Assembly: GCA_964589575.1 (NCBI GenBank)
Contig: CAZPSE010000004.1
Location: forward strand, 4,075 to 68,074
DNA: 64,000 bases
Source: an uncultured Gammaproteobacteria bacterium
Lineage (GTDB): Bacteria; Pseudomonadota; Gammaproteobacteria; QNFE01; CAZPSE01
Direction: 5' to 3'
A program made the translations under genes and the position numbers. Positions within the stretch are counted from its first letter, which is position 1. Each line of letters opens with the position of its first letter. This document shows, in pieces, positions 63,160 through 64,000 of this stretch. A model generated the notes under the pieces. It did not search any database. It was not told where the DNA came from and saw nothing but the letters and a program-made list of their open reading frames with translations.

Positions 63160-63999
63160 TTAGGCACTTGTTTTATTTAATGTAGTTTTTAAAAATTGTT
63201 CAATGTCATCTAATTTTATTTGTTTACTTTCGCCTTGTCTATTTTTGTATTCAAAACAATTGTCTTTTAGAGTTCGATCACCAATAATAATTCGATGTGG
63301 AATACCAATTAATTCTAAATCAGAAAACATCACACCAGGGCGTAAATTTCTATCGTCAATTACAACATTGTAATTGTTCTTTTTAGCAATTGCATATAAT
63401 TTATTTGACCATTGGTTGACTTGTTCAGACTTTGCCGCATTTATAGGGGCAATGGCAAGTTCGAAAGGGGCGAGAGCTTCACTCCAAATAATGCCATTAT
63501 CATCGTTGTTTTGCTCTATAGCGGCGGCGACAATTCTGCTAACACCTATACCGTAACAACCCATGGTCATCACTTTTGGTTTGCCGTTGTTATCTAAAAC
63601 GGTGGCTTTCATTTTTTTACTGTAGGTTGTACCCAGTTGAAAAATATGCCCCACTTCAATGCCACGTACAATGTTAATGGTACCTTTTCCATCTGGGCTA
63701 ACATCGCCTTCAACAATGTTTCTAATATCGACAGAGCTATCTTGAGGGCAGTCATTTGACCAATTAACTCCTTGCAAGTGGTAATCATTTTTATTGGCAC
63801 CGCAAATAAAGTCAGCACACGCTAAAGCGGCGTGATCTACATAAGTGGGAATGTTTAAACCTATAGGGCCAATAGAACCAGGCAAACAATTAAGCGTTTT
63901 GTTAATGATTTTTTCATCAGCAAGCTCAAATGGTGTTTGCACCATGGGAAGTTTTTCTACTTTAATATTATTTACTTCGTGGTCGCCACGTAATACAAG
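63160..63999 (-). CDS. proS: Proline-tRNA ligase, C-terminal part (5' end beyond the window)
   Basis: RGDHEVN, GIEVGHIFQLG, MGCYGIGVSR, anticodon-binding domain. Confidence 0.96.
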   Translation of the reverse strand, partial: LVLRGDHEVNNIKVEKLPMVQTPFELADEKIINKTLNCLPGSIGPIGLNIPTYVDHAALACADFICGANKNDYHLQGVNWSNDCPQDSSVDIRNIVEGDVSPDGKGTINIVRGIEVGHIFQLGTTYSKKMKATVLDNNGKPKVMTMGCYGIGVSRIVAAAIEQNNDDNGIIWSEALAPFELAIAPINAAKSEQVNQWSNKLYAIAKKNNYNVVIDDRNLRPGVMFSDLELIGIPHRIIIGDRTLKDNCFEYKNRQGESKQIKLDDIEQFLKTTLNKTSA

Positions 64000-64000
64000 G

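Overview
AT-rich gammaproteobacterial chromosome segment, mostly housekeeping: cytochrome c, rpe-gph, trpEGDC, crp, rplM-rpsI, rep, ampD-ampE, degS, murA-hisG-aroG-hisD, thrS-infC-rpmI-rplT-pheST-ihfA, tRNA-Val(GAC), rpmBG, folBK, an aa3 cytochrome oxidase cluster, uppP, bamD, rluD-pgeF, ubiK-comM, ilvIHC, psd-pssA, a PHP gene and partial proS. Main accessory feature (2407-6563, between gph and trpE): a two-target diversity-generating retroelement (DGR) with adenine-specific TR/VR differences, bracketed with a REP-associated tyrosine transposase (RAYT) gene by three perfect 46-54 bp palindromes. Avd, TR and RT each carry a separate lesion, so the DGR looks frozen. The main target, a lipoprotein, has no canonical start codon and sits behind an 8-bp tandem repeat. 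Separately, the 12-mer CAAGGGGTCGAC occurs at least 10 times, on both strands, inside and between genes, like an uptake or architectural signal sequence. Also present: a MITE-like family with a covarying hairpin, a nested toxin-antitoxin cluster (50.1-51.9 kb) and a Psd homolog lacking its catalytic serine. All alignments and counts were made by eye; family assignments are motif recognition, not database hits.
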